Positions 10,007 to 20,699 of a stretch of DNA of 64,000 bases are shown in pieces (the stretch's first letter is position 1; each line of letters starts with the position of its first letter). The DNA is taken from positions 732 to 64,731 of the forward strand of contig JBPXJV010000011.1 of assembly GCA_051715485.1 (NCBI GenBank), in the 5' to 3' direction. The DNA is from Chitinophagales bacterium. Lineage in GTDB: Bacteria > Bacteroidota > Bacteroidia > Chitinophagales > Chitinophagaceae. The notes below the pieces were generated by a model, which was given only the letters and a program-made list of their open reading frames with translations, had not been told where the DNA came from and searched no databases. The translations under genes were made by a program, and so were the position numbers.

Positions 10007-10957
10007 TTGATTATGAAAGATGTTTGTTTTAACGAATTAATTAGCCCTGTTACAAAACAAAAACCATTACAAATTACAGAAAATGAAATTATTTTTTCTG
10101 ATAATGAAAAGTATGTTATTGTTGATGAAACACCTGTGGTAATTGATGATAGCACTGGACTTTTTACAGTTAGTAGCATAACAAAGAAAGAAGAAACTAC
10201 ACAACAATACAGTTATAATGATATAAAAAATTTTAAAACATATTTTAGAAGAAAATTACTTCCATCACTTACCAACGATAAATATTTTTCTGAACGATAC
10301 AATGATTTAACAGCCTTAAATCCTGAAAAAGTTTTAGTACTTGGTTCAGGCGAAAAAGTAAATTTTTATAAAACTTTATTTCCTAATAGTATTGTTGTTA
10401 CATCAGATGTTCATCGTTTGTTTAAACCAGATATTATTTTTGATGCACACTCAATTCCTTATGCTGATAATACATTTAACTTAATTATTGCAGGGCAAGT
10501 TTTAGAGCACACTATGAAACCTTGGATTGTTGCCAATGAAATGCAAAGAGTAATAAAGAAAGATGGTTACATACATATAGAAACACCTGTAAATTTTCCT
10601 TATCATGCACATCCTTACGATTTTTATAGATTTACTTTTACAGGTTTACGTTCTTTATTTAGTAAATGCAGTGTGTATAAAAGTTTTGTAACAGAAGGAA
10701 ATGCAAGTGCAGCAGCAGTTTTGAATAGTGAGTTTGTTATCAATCTTTTTTCAAATAAATATTTAAGAGCAGCAGCTTTATTTGCTGCAAGATATTTATT
10801 CGGGTGGATGAAATATTTTGATGCAGATAATAAAGACAATATTAAAAATCTTAGAAGATTAGCATCTCCAAAAGGAATTGGTATAACATTTAAGTATGAT
10901 GGTATTCAAAGAGCAGATAAAGAATTGTTGAACGAATATTATTCTATCAAAAAATAA
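10007..10957 (+). CDS. Class I SAM-dependent methyltransferase
   Basis: VLVLGSGEK, DVH..F.PDIIFDA and GQVLEHTMKPW (Methyltransf_11-like). Confidence 0.55.
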   Translation: MIMKDVCFNELISPVTKQKPLQITENEIIFSDNEKYVIVDETPVVIDDSTGLFTVSSITKKEETTQQYSYNDIKNFKTYFRRKLLPSLTNDKYFSERYNDLTALNPEKVLVLGSGEKVNFYKTLFPNSIVVTSDVHRLFKPDIIFDAHSIPYADNTFNLIIAGQVLEHTMKPWIVANEMQRVIKKDGYIHIETPVNFPYHAHPYDFYRFTFTGLRSLFSKCSVYKSFVTEGNASAAAVLNSEFVINLFSNKYLRAAALFAARYLFGWMKYFDADNKDNIKNLRRLASPKGIGITFKYDGIQRADKELLNEYYSIKK

Positions 10958-10966
10958 TTTTTAGTA

Positions 10967-12316
10967 GTGAGTTTTACATTTATAAAATATACTCAACCTG
11001 GTTGGATGTTTAATGTTACACCAAAAGCAAAAAAATTTTCAGCCTGTTTATATCATCCAACTATACTTCCTTTAAAAAATAATAGTAGTATTAATGCAGA
11101 TGTTTCCTATGAAACAGAAGCTGCAAAAAATGCAGATATTGCTTATAGGGCTTTCTTTAATGGCATTTTGCAAGAAGCAACACAAGAGCAATTAGAACAA
11201 ATAAATTGTTTAGGCTCACCATCTATTACTGATGAATATATTTTTATACAAAAATATTGGGGAAAGCCTTGGTTATACTATGCTTTTGTTAGAAGAATTG
11301 TAGCTTTTCATAATCCATTTAAAGAAATGGCTGCTTTTAAAAAAGCAGCTTCTATTAATAAATTTCCTCTACACAATTATCATATAACATACGATGAATA
11401 CAAAAATTTTCAATCTCCTTTATTAAAAGAGCAACCTTTTGTTTCTGTTATTATTCCAACTTTAAATAGATACGAATATTTAAAAGATGTGATGTTGGAT
11501 TTAGAAAAACAACACTATAAAAATTTTGATGTAATTGTAATTGACCAAAGTGAACCATTTAATAAAAATTTTTACAACGATTTTAAACTTGATATAAAAG
11601 TTATTGAACAAAAAGAAAAATTATTGTGGACAGCAAGAAATAGAGCTGTAAAAGAATCCAAAGCTGATTACTTATTATTTTTTGATGATGACTCAAGAGT
11701 AGAGCCAGATTGGATTGAACAACATTTAAAAACATTAGACTTTTTTAGTGCAGATATTTCTGCTGGTGTTTCAATAGCTGTAATGGGAGGCAAAGTTGCA
11801 GAAAGCTATAATTATTTTCGTTGGGCAGATCAGTTTGATTCTGGTAATGCTTTAGTAAAACGCTCAGTGTTTAAAGAAATTGGTTTGTTTGATTTGCAAT
11901 TTAATAAGCAAAGTATGGGAGATGGAGAGTTTGGCACAAGAGCATTTATCAATGGTTATAAAAGTATTTCAAATCATTTAGCTAAGAGAGTGCATTTAAA
12001 AGTATCAGCAGGTGGGTTAAGAGAAATTGGACATTGGGATGGTTTTCGTCCTAAAAAATTATTTGCACCAAAACCAATTCCAAGTGTTGTGTATTTGTAT
12101 AATAAATATTTTCCAAAACCTTTTAATAAAGAAGTTGTTTTATTAGGCATTATGCTTTCAAATGTTCATTATGCCAAAAAGAGAGGAAATAATATGATGC
12201 TAAAAAGTGTGTTGCTTACATTTATAAAATCTCCTTTACTTTTTATTCAATATTATCGCTCCAAAAAAATAGCCAATCGTATGCTACAAGAAGGAGCAAA
12301 AATTGAAAAACTATAA
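10967..12316 (+). CDS. Glycosyltransferase family 2 with N-terminal extension
   Basis: GTG start. VSVIIPTLNRYEYL, DVIVIDQS and FFDDDS (DxD) motifs. Confidence 0.75.
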   Translation: MSFTFIKYTQPGWMFNVTPKAKKFSACLYHPTILPLKNNSSINADVSYETEAAKNADIAYRAFFNGILQEATQEQLEQINCLGSPSITDEYIFIQKYWGKPWLYYAFVRRIVAFHNPFKEMAAFKKAASINKFPLHNYHITYDEYKNFQSPLLKEQPFVSVIIPTLNRYEYLKDVMLDLEKQHYKNFDVIVIDQSEPFNKNFYNDFKLDIKVIEQKEKLLWTARNRAVKESKADYLLFFDDDSRVEPDWIEQHLKTLDFFSADISAGVSIAVMGGKVAESYNYFRWADQFDSGNALVKRSVFKEIGLFDLQFNKQSMGDGEFGTRAFINGYKSISNHLAKRVHLKVSAGGLREIGHWDGFRPKKLFAPKPIPSVVYLYNKYFPKPFNKEVVLLGIMLSNVHYAKKRGNNMMLKSVLLTFIKSPLLFIQYYRSKKIANRMLQEGAKIEKL

Positions 12317-12317
12317 A

Positions 12318-13478
12318 ATGCGTTTAGCCATTTATAGCGATTGTGTGCATGTAAAAACCAATAGTGGCAAGGTTGCTACAGACGTTCACATTTTTGTTAG
12401 ACAAATGGAAATGCTCTCAAAATATTTTTCAGAAGTACATATTTTTTGCCCATTTATTGCTTATCAAGAAAATTATCCTGTAACAACTTACAATCAAAAG
12501 CATATTTATTTTCATGCTCTAAAAAATTTAGGAGGCAATACTTTAAAAGATAAATTGAAAATATTTTTTTATTTATCAAGTTGGTTTAAAGCTTATCAAC
12601 AAGGCAATAAATTAAGCGATATTGTATATCAACGTTTCCCAAATAATTTGAATATACCAGGATTTTTTTATTTCTATTTTAAAAAAAAGCCAGTATTTGC
12701 AACCTATACAGGCACTTGGGATAATAATGTTGGCTTATCTAAAACCTATATTTTTCAAAAAAATTTATTAAAGAAATGGTTTAGAGGTCCTGTTGGCGTT
12801 TATAGTAATGTAATTAATGATGATAAAGTTTTTAAAAGTTTTAGTCCATCATACACAGAAGAAGAATGGTTAGCAGAAGAAGAAAATGTTCAACAAAAAA
12901 TTAATACAGTTGCTAGCTCAGGTATTCAGCATTTAAAATTAATTACAGTAGGCAGTTTAATAGGATATAAAAATCAGCAATACATTTTAAACACTTGTGT
13001 TTTATTAAAACAAAAAAATATTTCGTTTCATTTATTTGTTGTTGGCGATGGAGAGGATAGAGCAATTTTAGAAAATTTTGTGAAAGAAAATTCTTTAGAA
13101 ACAAAAGTAACTTTTACAGGAAAAATAAATACAAAACAATTACAAGAGTTATATCGTAAAGTTGATTTTGCTGTACAAGCCCCTTTGTTAGAAGGCTTTG
13201 GTAAAGTGCCTATTGAAGCTTACTTTCATGGAGTGTTGCCTATTATCAATAATATTTCAATGGCAAATTATATTACACAAAATAATTCTTTAGGGTACAC
13301 TTTTAATGTTCAAGATAAATTGGCATTGTTCAATATTTTATCAAATTTTATTTCTAATACTACTGAATTTGAAAATAGAATTTTAGCTTCAAGAAATTTT
13401 GTAAAACAGTTTACTTTAGAATCTTGGGCAAAACAATATCAAAAAAAAATTAAAGAATTTTATCCGGCATTGGCATAA
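12318..13478 (+). CDS. Glycosyltransferase family 4
   Basis: VVGDGEDR...EGFGKVPIEAYFHGVLPI. The ATG at 12318 lies 1 nt after the preceding stop; the ORF track's TTG at 12303 is an alternative start. Confidence 0.65.
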   Translation: MRLAIYSDCVHVKTNSGKVATDVHIFVRQMEMLSKYFSEVHIFCPFIAYQENYPVTTYNQKHIYFHALKNLGGNTLKDKLKIFFYLSSWFKAYQQGNKLSDIVYQRFPNNLNIPGFFYFYFKKKPVFATYTGTWDNNVGLSKTYIFQKNLLKKWFRGPVGVYSNVINDDKVFKSFSPSYTEEEWLAEEENVQQKINTVASSGIQHLKLITVGSLIGYKNQQYILNTCVLLKQKNISFHLFVVGDGEDRAILENFVKENSLETKVTFTGKINTKQLQELYRKVDFAVQAPLLEGFGKVPIEAYFHGVLPIINNISMANYITQNNSLGYTFNVQDKLALFNILSNFISNTTEFENRILASRNFVKQFTLESWAKQYQKKIKEFYPALA

Positions 13479-13484
13479 TATTTT

Positions 13485-14534
13485 ATGAAGATTGTAGTAC
13501 TAAATGATCAATTAAACCCTGGTGGTGCAGAAAAAGTTTTAGTGTATATGACCAATCTTCTTCATAAAAATAATATTGATGTTTCTGTTATTTTATTTTT
13601 AAAAGAAGGCATTTTAGATAATCAAATTTTAAAAGGCATTAACATACATTACTTGAATCGTACATCAAGATTTGATTTTAAAGCTTGGAAAAAATTAAAA
13701 GCATTAACCAAAGATGCTGATATTGTACACGTTCACTCAAGATATAATTTACGATTTTATATGCTTGTAAAATTTATTTTAGGAATAGCAAAACCTAAAG
13801 TTGTTTTTCATGAACATATTCCAAGTTTTAAAATAGATAGCTTCACCACTTTCTTATATAAAAGAGTAGATGCTTATGTTGCAGTGCAAGATGCAATGAG
13901 AAAATGGGCTGTAGAAAATGGTTTTGTAAAAAATGATAAAGCCTTTTATTTACCTAATACTGTTTATCCACCAAAGCAAACAATAGCTTATCAAAATAAA
14001 ATTGGTAAGTTAATAATGGTTGCAAATTTCAGACCTCCTAAAAATCATTTTTTTGCTATTGAGCTTATTAAAAATTTACCAGAAAATTATACACTTGATT
14101 TTTATGGAATGATTGATGATAAAAATTATTTTGATGAAGTTGTTAATACAATTAATACTCATAACTTAAACAATAGAATTAAAATAATTCAAGGAGTTAC
14201 AGATTTGTATAGTGTTATGAGTAATTACTCATTAGCAATTCATACTGCAAATGCAGAAACAGGACCTTTGGTTTTGATAGAATATCTTTATGCAGCATTA
14301 CCATTTGTTTCTTACAATACAGGTGATGTTGTTGAAGTTGTAAAATTAACCCTGCCAGAACTTGTATTACATGAGTTTGATATAAATTTTTGGGTAAAAC
14401 ATATTTTACTTATTGAACAAAAAAATAGAGATGAAAATTTTTTAGCTAAAATGAAATCATTAGCTAATACTCATTTTTCTGAACAAGCTTATTTTGATAA
14501 GTTGCAATCTATATATCATAAAGTTGTACAATAA
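13485..14534 (+). CDS. Glycosyltransferase family 4
   Basis: MKIVVLNDQLNPGGAEKV N-terminus and ETGPLVLIEYLYAALPFVSYNTGD C-terminal motif. Confidence 0.65.
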   Translation: MKIVVLNDQLNPGGAEKVLVYMTNLLHKNNIDVSVILFLKEGILDNQILKGINIHYLNRTSRFDFKAWKKLKALTKDADIVHVHSRYNLRFYMLVKFILGIAKPKVVFHEHIPSFKIDSFTTFLYKRVDAYVAVQDAMRKWAVENGFVKNDKAFYLPNTVYPPKQTIAYQNKIGKLIMVANFRPPKNHFFAIELIKNLPENYTLDFYGMIDDKNYFDEVVNTINTHNLNNRIKIIQGVTDLYSVMSNYSLAIHTANAETGPLVLIEYLYAALPFVSYNTGDVVEVVKLTLPELVLHEFDINFWVKHILLIEQKNRDENFLAKMKSLANTHFSEQAYFDKLQSIYHKVVQ

Positions 14535-14552
14535 TATTAGAACTATTGCTTA

Positions 14553-15917
14553 ATGAAGTTTAAACTTCTTTTTAATTATTTATTAGCCGTATCAGTAGGA
14601 ATATTAGTAGGTTTTAGAGCTGTACCTCCTTTTGTTGTTGCATCAATTTATGTGGGTGTAGCATTATTATGTCTTTATTATTTTTTTACAAAAAATCTTG
14701 AAAAAGTATTTCAAATACTTCCTTACTTAATTTATACAGAAGTTTTTATTAGAGGTTCTGCAAGGTCATTTCCTTATTTAACCTTACAATACTTAATGAT
14801 TATTGGGTTTTTATTTAATACTTTTTTTTCAAATGCTAATTCAATATCAAAAGTCCATTTTAAAGGAATCTTCCTCTTGGTATTATTTTATATTTTAGAA
14901 ATTGCCAATGGCTTTTTTCCTTTATTACCAAGAATAACTTATGCTATTCAATGGAATACTTTGGCTTTAGTTTCTGTAGCTCTTTGGGCATCTATACATA
15001 AACTAACACCAAAGCAGATAAATATTTTGATGGAAAATATTCGTATTGCATCTGTTTATTTGGCTGGTATTGTATTGGTTGCACACTTACAAGGAAAAAT
15101 TGACTATTCAAGTGCATCAAGCTCAGAAGCAAGTAATGGTATGGCTCCTGTGCAACTTAGTGGATACTTTGGTGTAGCAACTTTTTTAATGTTTGTTTCT
15201 ATTTTAAGCACTTTTGATAAAAGAGCTAAAGTTGTTCAAATAGTTGCATTGGTATTTACATTAACACTAATGATTCTTACTTTTTCAAGAGGCGGACTTT
15301 ATTTTTTTGCATTTGCAACACTTCTTTATTTCTTCTATAACCGTTCTAATTTAAAAGGCTATTTTAAGTTTATTTTATTAGTTCCTGCTTTTTATCTTAT
15401 TTACATTTTTGCTATTGAACAGTCAGAAGGAAGAGTAATTACCAGATACGAACAAAAGGGCTCATCTAATAGAGATGTACTTGTAGTTATTGGGTTTTAT
15501 ATTTTTGAAGAAAACCCTATTCTTGGAATTGGTACAGGAAACTTTAATAAATACATTGTACAAAAAAATTACTTTAGTGTTGCATCTGGTGTGCATAATG
15601 AATTTGTAAGAGCAGCAGCAGAGCATGGAATATTTGGCATATTTACTTATTGGGGATTTTTTATTGCCCTTTTAATTGATATTTTAAAACGAAAGAAACC
15701 CGAAAAAGAATATGCTGTTTATTTTTATTTACTCTTTTTCCTTGTTACTATTCATAATGGGTTAAAAATTGCCATTCAACCAATTTTAATATTATTAGCT
15801 ATAGGTATTCAACCAACTATTTCTACAATCAAAAAAAGAAAAAAAATTAAACCTGATGCAAACATTGCTTTACAGCAAAACAATGAATTTGGAAAGTATA
15901 GCACAATGTCAAATTGA
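14553..15917 (+). CDS. O-antigen ligase / Wzy polymerase family membrane protein
   Basis: About 10-12 predicted TM segments, FSRGG motif followed by a periplasmic loop (Wzy_C-like), located inside a glycan locus. Confidence 0.65.
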   Translation: MKFKLLFNYLLAVSVGILVGFRAVPPFVVASIYVGVALLCLYYFFTKNLEKVFQILPYLIYTEVFIRGSARSFPYLTLQYLMIIGFLFNTFFSNANSISKVHFKGIFLLVLFYILEIANGFFPLLPRITYAIQWNTLALVSVALWASIHKLTPKQINILMENIRIASVYLAGIVLVAHLQGKIDYSSASSSEASNGMAPVQLSGYFGVATFLMFVSILSTFDKRAKVVQIVALVFTLTLMILTFSRGGLYFFAFATLLYFFYNRSNLKGYFKFILLVPAFYLIYIFAIEQSEGRVITRYEQKGSSNRDVLVVIGFYIFEENPILGIGTGNFNKYIVQKNYFSVASGVHNEFVRAAAEHGIFGIFTYWGFFIALLIDILKRKKPEKEYAVYFYLLFFLVTIHNGLKIAIQPILILLAIGIQPTISTIKKRKKIKPDANIALQQNNEFGKYSTMSN

Positions 15918-16494
15918 TTGTTTCCCAAATTCTTTTAATACTAAATTGGGAAAAAAATTTGTTGCTAAATCTTTATTATGGTTTTTAACTAAAGAAAATA
16001 GATTTTTATATCATATAGAAAATGAAGGAAAAGTAGTAGGATTTTGTGGTGGTTTTGTACCTCAATATTATGGTGATGGAAGTAGTAGTGGCATGTTGCA
16101 ACAAGCTTTTAAAGAAGCATGCTTCGGCGTTTTAAAAAAGCCATGGCTTTTATTTAATCCAGAACTTAAAAAACATTATGCACTTATTTATAGAAATATT
16201 CTAAAAAAAATAAAGCTAAGAAAGTCTATTGCTGCTGTTAAAATGCCTGAAAACTTTGTATTACAACCTTATGCAAGCCTTGTAGTTATTGGTGTTCATC
16301 CATCAAGTAGAGGAACAGGAGTGTTTGAACAATTAATGAATGAGTTTGAAATTATGGCTAAAAAAATGAATGTAAATATTTGCAGATTATCTGTAAAAAA
16401 AGATAATGAACGTGCTATTGCAGCATATAAAAAAATGGATTGGAGTATTGAAGAAGAAATGAATGATACTTATAAAATGATTAAAGAACTTTAA
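15883..16494 (+). CDS. GNAT family N-acetyltransferase
   Basis: VIGVHPSSRGTGVFEQLM (acetyl-CoA binding Q/RxxGxG/A-like). Overlaps the upstream gene. Start is ambiguous (15856 or 15883). Confidence 0.6.
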   Translation: MNLESIAQCQIDCFPNSFNTKLGKKFVAKSLLWFLTKENRFLYHIENEGKVVGFCGGFVPQYYGDGSSSGMLQQAFKEACFGVLKKPWLLFNPELKKHYALIYRNILKKIKLRKSIAAVKMPENFVLQPYASLVVIGVHPSSRGTGVFEQLMNEFEIMAKKMNVNICRLSVKKDNERAIAAYKKMDWSIEEEMNDTYKMIKEL

Positions 16495-16525
16495 TTTTTT
16501 ATAAACGAAAATTATTAAAAAAGAT

Positions 16526-17587
16526 TTGAGCACTAAGAAAAAAATATTAATTACCGGGCTTTTTATTTCTGAAAAAAATAAACATATTATTTATAGAACT
16601 GCAGCAGATCAGTTGTATGAAATTTTTCAGAATAACCAAATTCCTGTTATCAAAACTTCATCTAAACTTAATAAAATAACAAGAGCATTAGATGTATTAA
16701 CTACCATATTTTTTAATAAAAGTGAATACGCTATTGCCATTACACCATACTATGGAACTCAATTTGCTTTTTATATAGAAGAGGTAAGTACAAGGTTATT
16801 AAAACTTCTTGGAAAGAAAATAATTTTAATTGCACATAGTGGTGGTTTACCAGAAAGAATTAAAAATAATCCATCTAAATATTTGCCAATTCTTAAAAGA
16901 GCAGATGTAGTTGTATGCCCTTCTGGTTATTTACAACACGAATTTAAAAAGTATAATATTGAAAGTATCGTTATAGAAAATGTTATTAAACTAAGTGATT
17001 ACTCATTTATAAAAAAAGAAACTTTTAAACCAAACATTTTATGGATGAGAACTTTTGGAGATATTTATAATCCAACAATGGCAGTAAAAGTATTAGCTAT
17101 TTTAAAACAAAAATATCCCGAAGCAACATTAATTATGGGAGGAAGAGATACAGGAGAACTACCAAAAGTATTACAATTAGTAAAAGAATTAAACTTAGAA
17201 GATAGTATAGAATTCCCTGGTTATATTCCAACAGAAGAAAAAATTAATTATGCTAAAAAAAGTGATGTGTATATATGCACCAACAAAGTAGATAATGCAC
17301 CTGTTAGCACAATAGAAATGATGGCACTTGGTATTCCTATTGTTTCTGTAAACTCTGGTGGTATTCCTTTTATGGTGCAGGATAATGTAAATGGATTGTT
17401 AGTTGAGTATGATGATGCTGAAGCTATGGCAAATAAAATTTCTGAAATAATACAAAATGCTGAATTAGGCAAAAGACTTGCTCAGAACGGCTATAACACT
17501 TCTTTACAATATGGAGATAAAGCTGTTTTTGAAAAATGGCAAAATATATTTTCTCTTTTTTCGTATCAATATAAAAGCAATTCATAA
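16526..17587 (+). CDS. Glycosyltransferase family 4
   Basis: TTG start. NAPVSTIEMMALGIPIVSVNSGGIPFMV.DNVNGLL motif. Confidence 0.7.
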   Translation: MSTKKKILITGLFISEKNKHIIYRTAADQLYEIFQNNQIPVIKTSSKLNKITRALDVLTTIFFNKSEYAIAITPYYGTQFAFYIEEVSTRLLKLLGKKIILIAHSGGLPERIKNNPSKYLPILKRADVVVCPSGYLQHEFKKYNIESIVIENVIKLSDYSFIKKETFKPNILWMRTFGDIYNPTMAVKVLAILKQKYPEATLIMGGRDTGELPKVLQLVKELNLEDSIEFPGYIPTEEKINYAKKSDVYICTNKVDNAPVSTIEMMALGIPIVSVNSGGIPFMVQDNVNGLLVEYDDAEAMANKISEIIQNAELGKRLAQNGYNTSLQYGDKAVFEKWQNIFSLFSYQYKSNS

Positions 17588-17606
17588 TTTTTTTTAGACA
17601 CATCGC

Positions 17607-18602
17607 ATGATACTTACAATTATTTGTCCAACTTTTAATGAAGAAAAATACATTGCAAAAACTATCAACAGTTTTTTAAAGCAAAAGATACATTCATTTG
17701 AATTGGAAATATTGATTTGTGATGGAATGAGTACAGACAAAACAAGAGAAATTGTTCAAGCACTTTCTGCAAAAAATGCTGCTATAAGATTAGTTGATAA
17801 TACTAAAAGAAGAACACCTTTTGCTTTTAATATTGGTTTAAAAGAAGCAAAAGGAGAGTATGTAGCAATTTTAGGAGCTCATTGCGAATACGATGATAAT
17901 TATTTACAAACCTGTTTTGAAAAAATAGAAGAAAAAAATGTAGTTGCTTGCTCTGGCAGAGTAATAACTAAAGTAATTCATAACACATTACAAGCAAGAC
18001 TTTGTGAGTGGGTTAGTAACAGTAGTTTTGGAGTATCTGGCAACTCTTTTAGAGTAATTAAAGAAGGTTATGTACATACAGTTGCTTATGGTATTTTTAA
18101 TAAAAAAGCATTATTAGATTTAGGTGGTTATAACGAAAAATTAATTCGTAATCAAGATAATGATATGAATCAAAGATTATTAGATGCAGGGTATAAACTT
18201 TATTCAACATGGGAAACAAAATGCTATTATCATCCACCATACTCTATAAAGCAATTATTTAAGTATGCTAAAACAAATGGTAGTTGGAATGCTATTAGTT
18301 TTTTTATCAATAAAAAAAGTATGAGGCTACATCATTTCATTCCTTTTATTTTTGTTACAGGTATTATCTTTTTTTTTATGGCTGGTATTGCTGAATATTT
18401 TATCAATCATACCACTTATTTTTTGTGTGCATTAGCTGCTATTATTGCCTTGCATTTATTGGTTGGCATTATTGCATCATTGGCAACCAAAGGAGGAAAT
18501 CCTTTAATTAAAGCAATTCTTTTACCATTTATTTTTTTAGGCTTTCATTTTAATTATGGTTGGGGAACTTTAAAAACATTTATTACCAAGTCGTATAAAT
18601 AA
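17607..18602 (+). CDS. Glycosyltransferase family 2 with C-terminal TM segments
   Basis: LTIICPTFNEEKYI, CDGMSTD, and a hydrophobic C-terminal third. Confidence 0.7.
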   Translation: MILTIICPTFNEEKYIAKTINSFLKQKIHSFELEILICDGMSTDKTREIVQALSAKNAAIRLVDNTKRRTPFAFNIGLKEAKGEYVAILGAHCEYDDNYLQTCFEKIEEKNVVACSGRVITKVIHNTLQARLCEWVSNSSFGVSGNSFRVIKEGYVHTVAYGIFNKKALLDLGGYNEKLIRNQDNDMNQRLLDAGYKLYSTWETKCYYHPPYSIKQLFKYAKTNGSWNAISFFINKKSMRLHHFIPFIFVTGIIFFFMAGIAEYFINHTTYFLCALAAIIALHLLVGIIASLATKGGNPLIKAILLPFIFLGFHFNYGWGTLKTFITKSYK

Positions 18603-18657
18603 TTGTTGATAAAATACGTTACTCATTAAATTATAAAACTCATTATATTTTCATTCT

Positions 18658-19878
18658 ATGAATATTCCTTTTTCTCCTCCTTATATTGATGAAAGTGTAG
18701 AAGCAGAAGTGTTAGATGCTTTGCGTAGTGGTTGGATAACAACTGGACCAAAAGTAAAAGCATTAGAACAAGAAGTATGTAATTATACAAGTGCAGAAGC
18801 TTGTTTAGCTGTTAATTCTGCCACATCTGCATTAATGTTGGTTTTACATTGGTATGGAATTACCAAAGGCGATGAAGTAATAATTCCTGCATATACTTAT
18901 GCTGCTACAGCATTAGCTGTAATGCATATAGGGGCAACTCCTGTAATGGTTGATGTAGAAGATGATTTTAATATTTCAGTTGAAAAAATTAAAGAAGCTA
19001 TTACATCAAAAACAAAAGCAATTATTCCTGTTGATTTTGCTGGTTGGTCTTGCAATTACAATGCAATACATACTTTAGTAAATGATGTAGAAATTAAAAA
19101 AATGTTTTCACCAGCATCAGAGCAACAACATAAGCTACAACGAATTTTAATTTTAAGTGATGCAGCTCATTCTTTTGGTGCAGTTTATAACCATAAAAAA
19201 TTAGGAACAGCAGCAGATATTACTGTTTTTTCTTTTCATGCTGTAAAAAATTTAACAACCGCCGAAGGTGGTTGCATTTGCTTAAGTTTACCAACTCCTT
19301 TTAATAACAATGATGTTTATACAACACTTCGTTTATGGAATTTGAATGGACAAACTAAAGATGCTTTTTCAAAATCAAAAGCAGGAGGTTGGCGTTACGA
19401 TATTGTTTACCCTGGTTTTAAAATGAATTTGCCAGATATATTAGCTGCAATTGGTTTAGCACAAATTCGTAAATACGATAGCGTTTTATTAAAAGAAAGA
19501 AAAAGAGTTTTTGATTTTTATGCCGATAAATTTTCAAAACAAAATTGGGCAATCTTGCCGCCATATCATCAAGAAGGAACAGAAACAAGTTATCATTTAT
19601 ATCCACTAAGAATAAAAAATATTACAGAAGAACAAAGAGATTTAATTATTGAAAAAATTGCTGCAACTGGTGTGGCTGTTAATGTTCACTTTCAGCCTTT
19701 ACCATTATTAAAAATTTTTAAGGATAGAGGTTACAACATCAATAACTATCCTAAAGCGTATAATAATTATCAATCAGAAATTTCTTTACCAATTTATCCT
19801 CAGTTAAACAATAATCAATGTATTTATATCGTTGATAATGTGATAAATGCTGTAAATTCAGTTATATCAAATGGATAG
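18658..19878 (+). CDS. DegT/DnrJ/EryC1/StrS family PLP aminotransferase (PglE/WcfR-like sugar 4-aminotransferase)
   Basis: SFHAVKNLTTAEGG (PLP lysine) and DAAHSFGA. Adjacent to the initiating transferase and CapD dehydratase. Confidence 0.8.
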   Translation: MNIPFSPPYIDESVEAEVLDALRSGWITTGPKVKALEQEVCNYTSAEACLAVNSATSALMLVLHWYGITKGDEVIIPAYTYAATALAVMHIGATPVMVDVEDDFNISVEKIKEAITSKTKAIIPVDFAGWSCNYNAIHTLVNDVEIKKMFSPASEQQHKLQRILILSDAAHSFGAVYNHKKLGTAADITVFSFHAVKNLTTAEGGCICLSLPTPFNNNDVYTTLRLWNLNGQTKDAFSKSKAGGWRYDIVYPGFKMNLPDILAAIGLAQIRKYDSVLLKERKRVFDFYADKFSKQNWAILPPYHQEGTETSYHLYPLRIKNITEEQRDLIIEKIAATGVAVNVHFQPLPLLKIFKDRGYNINNYPKAYNNYQSEISLPIYPQLNNNQCIYIVDNVINAVNSVISNG

Positions 19879-20470
19879 TATCAGATTTTTTGACTTTGTA
19901 TTTGCTTTAATAGGAATTATCATTTTATCTCCACTATTCATTATTATAGCTCTTTGTATAAAATGTACATCTAAGGGTTCTGTTTTTTTTAAACAAACAA
20001 GGGTTGGTAAAAATAATATTGATTTTAAACTCTATAAGTTTAGGTCAATGTATGTTCAAGCAGAAACAAAAGGTCAATTAACTGTTGGAGGAAGAGATAA
20101 TAGAATTACAACTGTAGGATATTATCTTAGAAAATTTAAGTTAGATGAATTGCCACAGTTTTTAAATGTATTATTTGGAGAAATGAGTTTCGTTGGTCCA
20201 AGACCAGAAGTAAGAAAATATGTAAATTATTATACCACTGAACAGTTACATGTTTTAAATGTTTTACCAGGAATTACAGATTATGCTTCTATTGCTTTTA
20301 GAAACGAAAATGAACTATTAGCAAAGGCAGAAAACCCAGAAGAATATTACATACAATATATTTTACCTAAGAAAATTGAATTGAACAGAATGTTTATTGA
20401 ACAAAGAACATTGAAAAATTATTTTTCAATTTTATGGAAAACAATTATTACATCTGTAAGAGGAAAATAA
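19871..20470 (+). CDS. Small monotopic phosphoglycosyl (sugar) transferase, PglC/WcfS-like
   Basis: N-terminal re-entrant helix, KFRSM, LDELPQFLNVL..EMS.VGPRPE. Confidence 0.85.
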   Translation: MDSIRFFDFVFALIGIIILSPLFIIIALCIKCTSKGSVFFKQTRVGKNNIDFKLYKFRSMYVQAETKGQLTVGGRDNRITTVGYYLRKFKLDELPQFLNVLFGEMSFVGPRPEVRKYVNYYTTEQLHVLNVLPGITDYASIAFRNENELLAKAENPEEYYIQYILPKKIELNRMFIEQRTLKNYFSILWKTIITSVRGK

Positions 20471-20586
20471 AGTATAAATATTAAATAATGTATATTTTAT
20501 AATGCAACTATTGATTGATTATTAGCTTCTTATAAATAAATGGCTTTTATAGAACAGATAGTTGAATGTTATATTATTATGATTAA

Positions 20587-20594
20587 TATATTTG
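20587..20594 (+). promoter_or_regulatory. Bacteroidota -7 promoter box (TAnnTTTG)
   Basis: TATATTTG sits in the 229-bp gap upstream of the capD-like gene. Confidence 0.35.
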
Positions 20595-20699
20595 CAAATA
20601 CAAACGCAACATTCAATCCATCATTCTCGATTAGCCTTTATCTAAAAAGAGCACACTCTATATCCTAATTGAAAACAACAATTTAATCAAAGTATAATT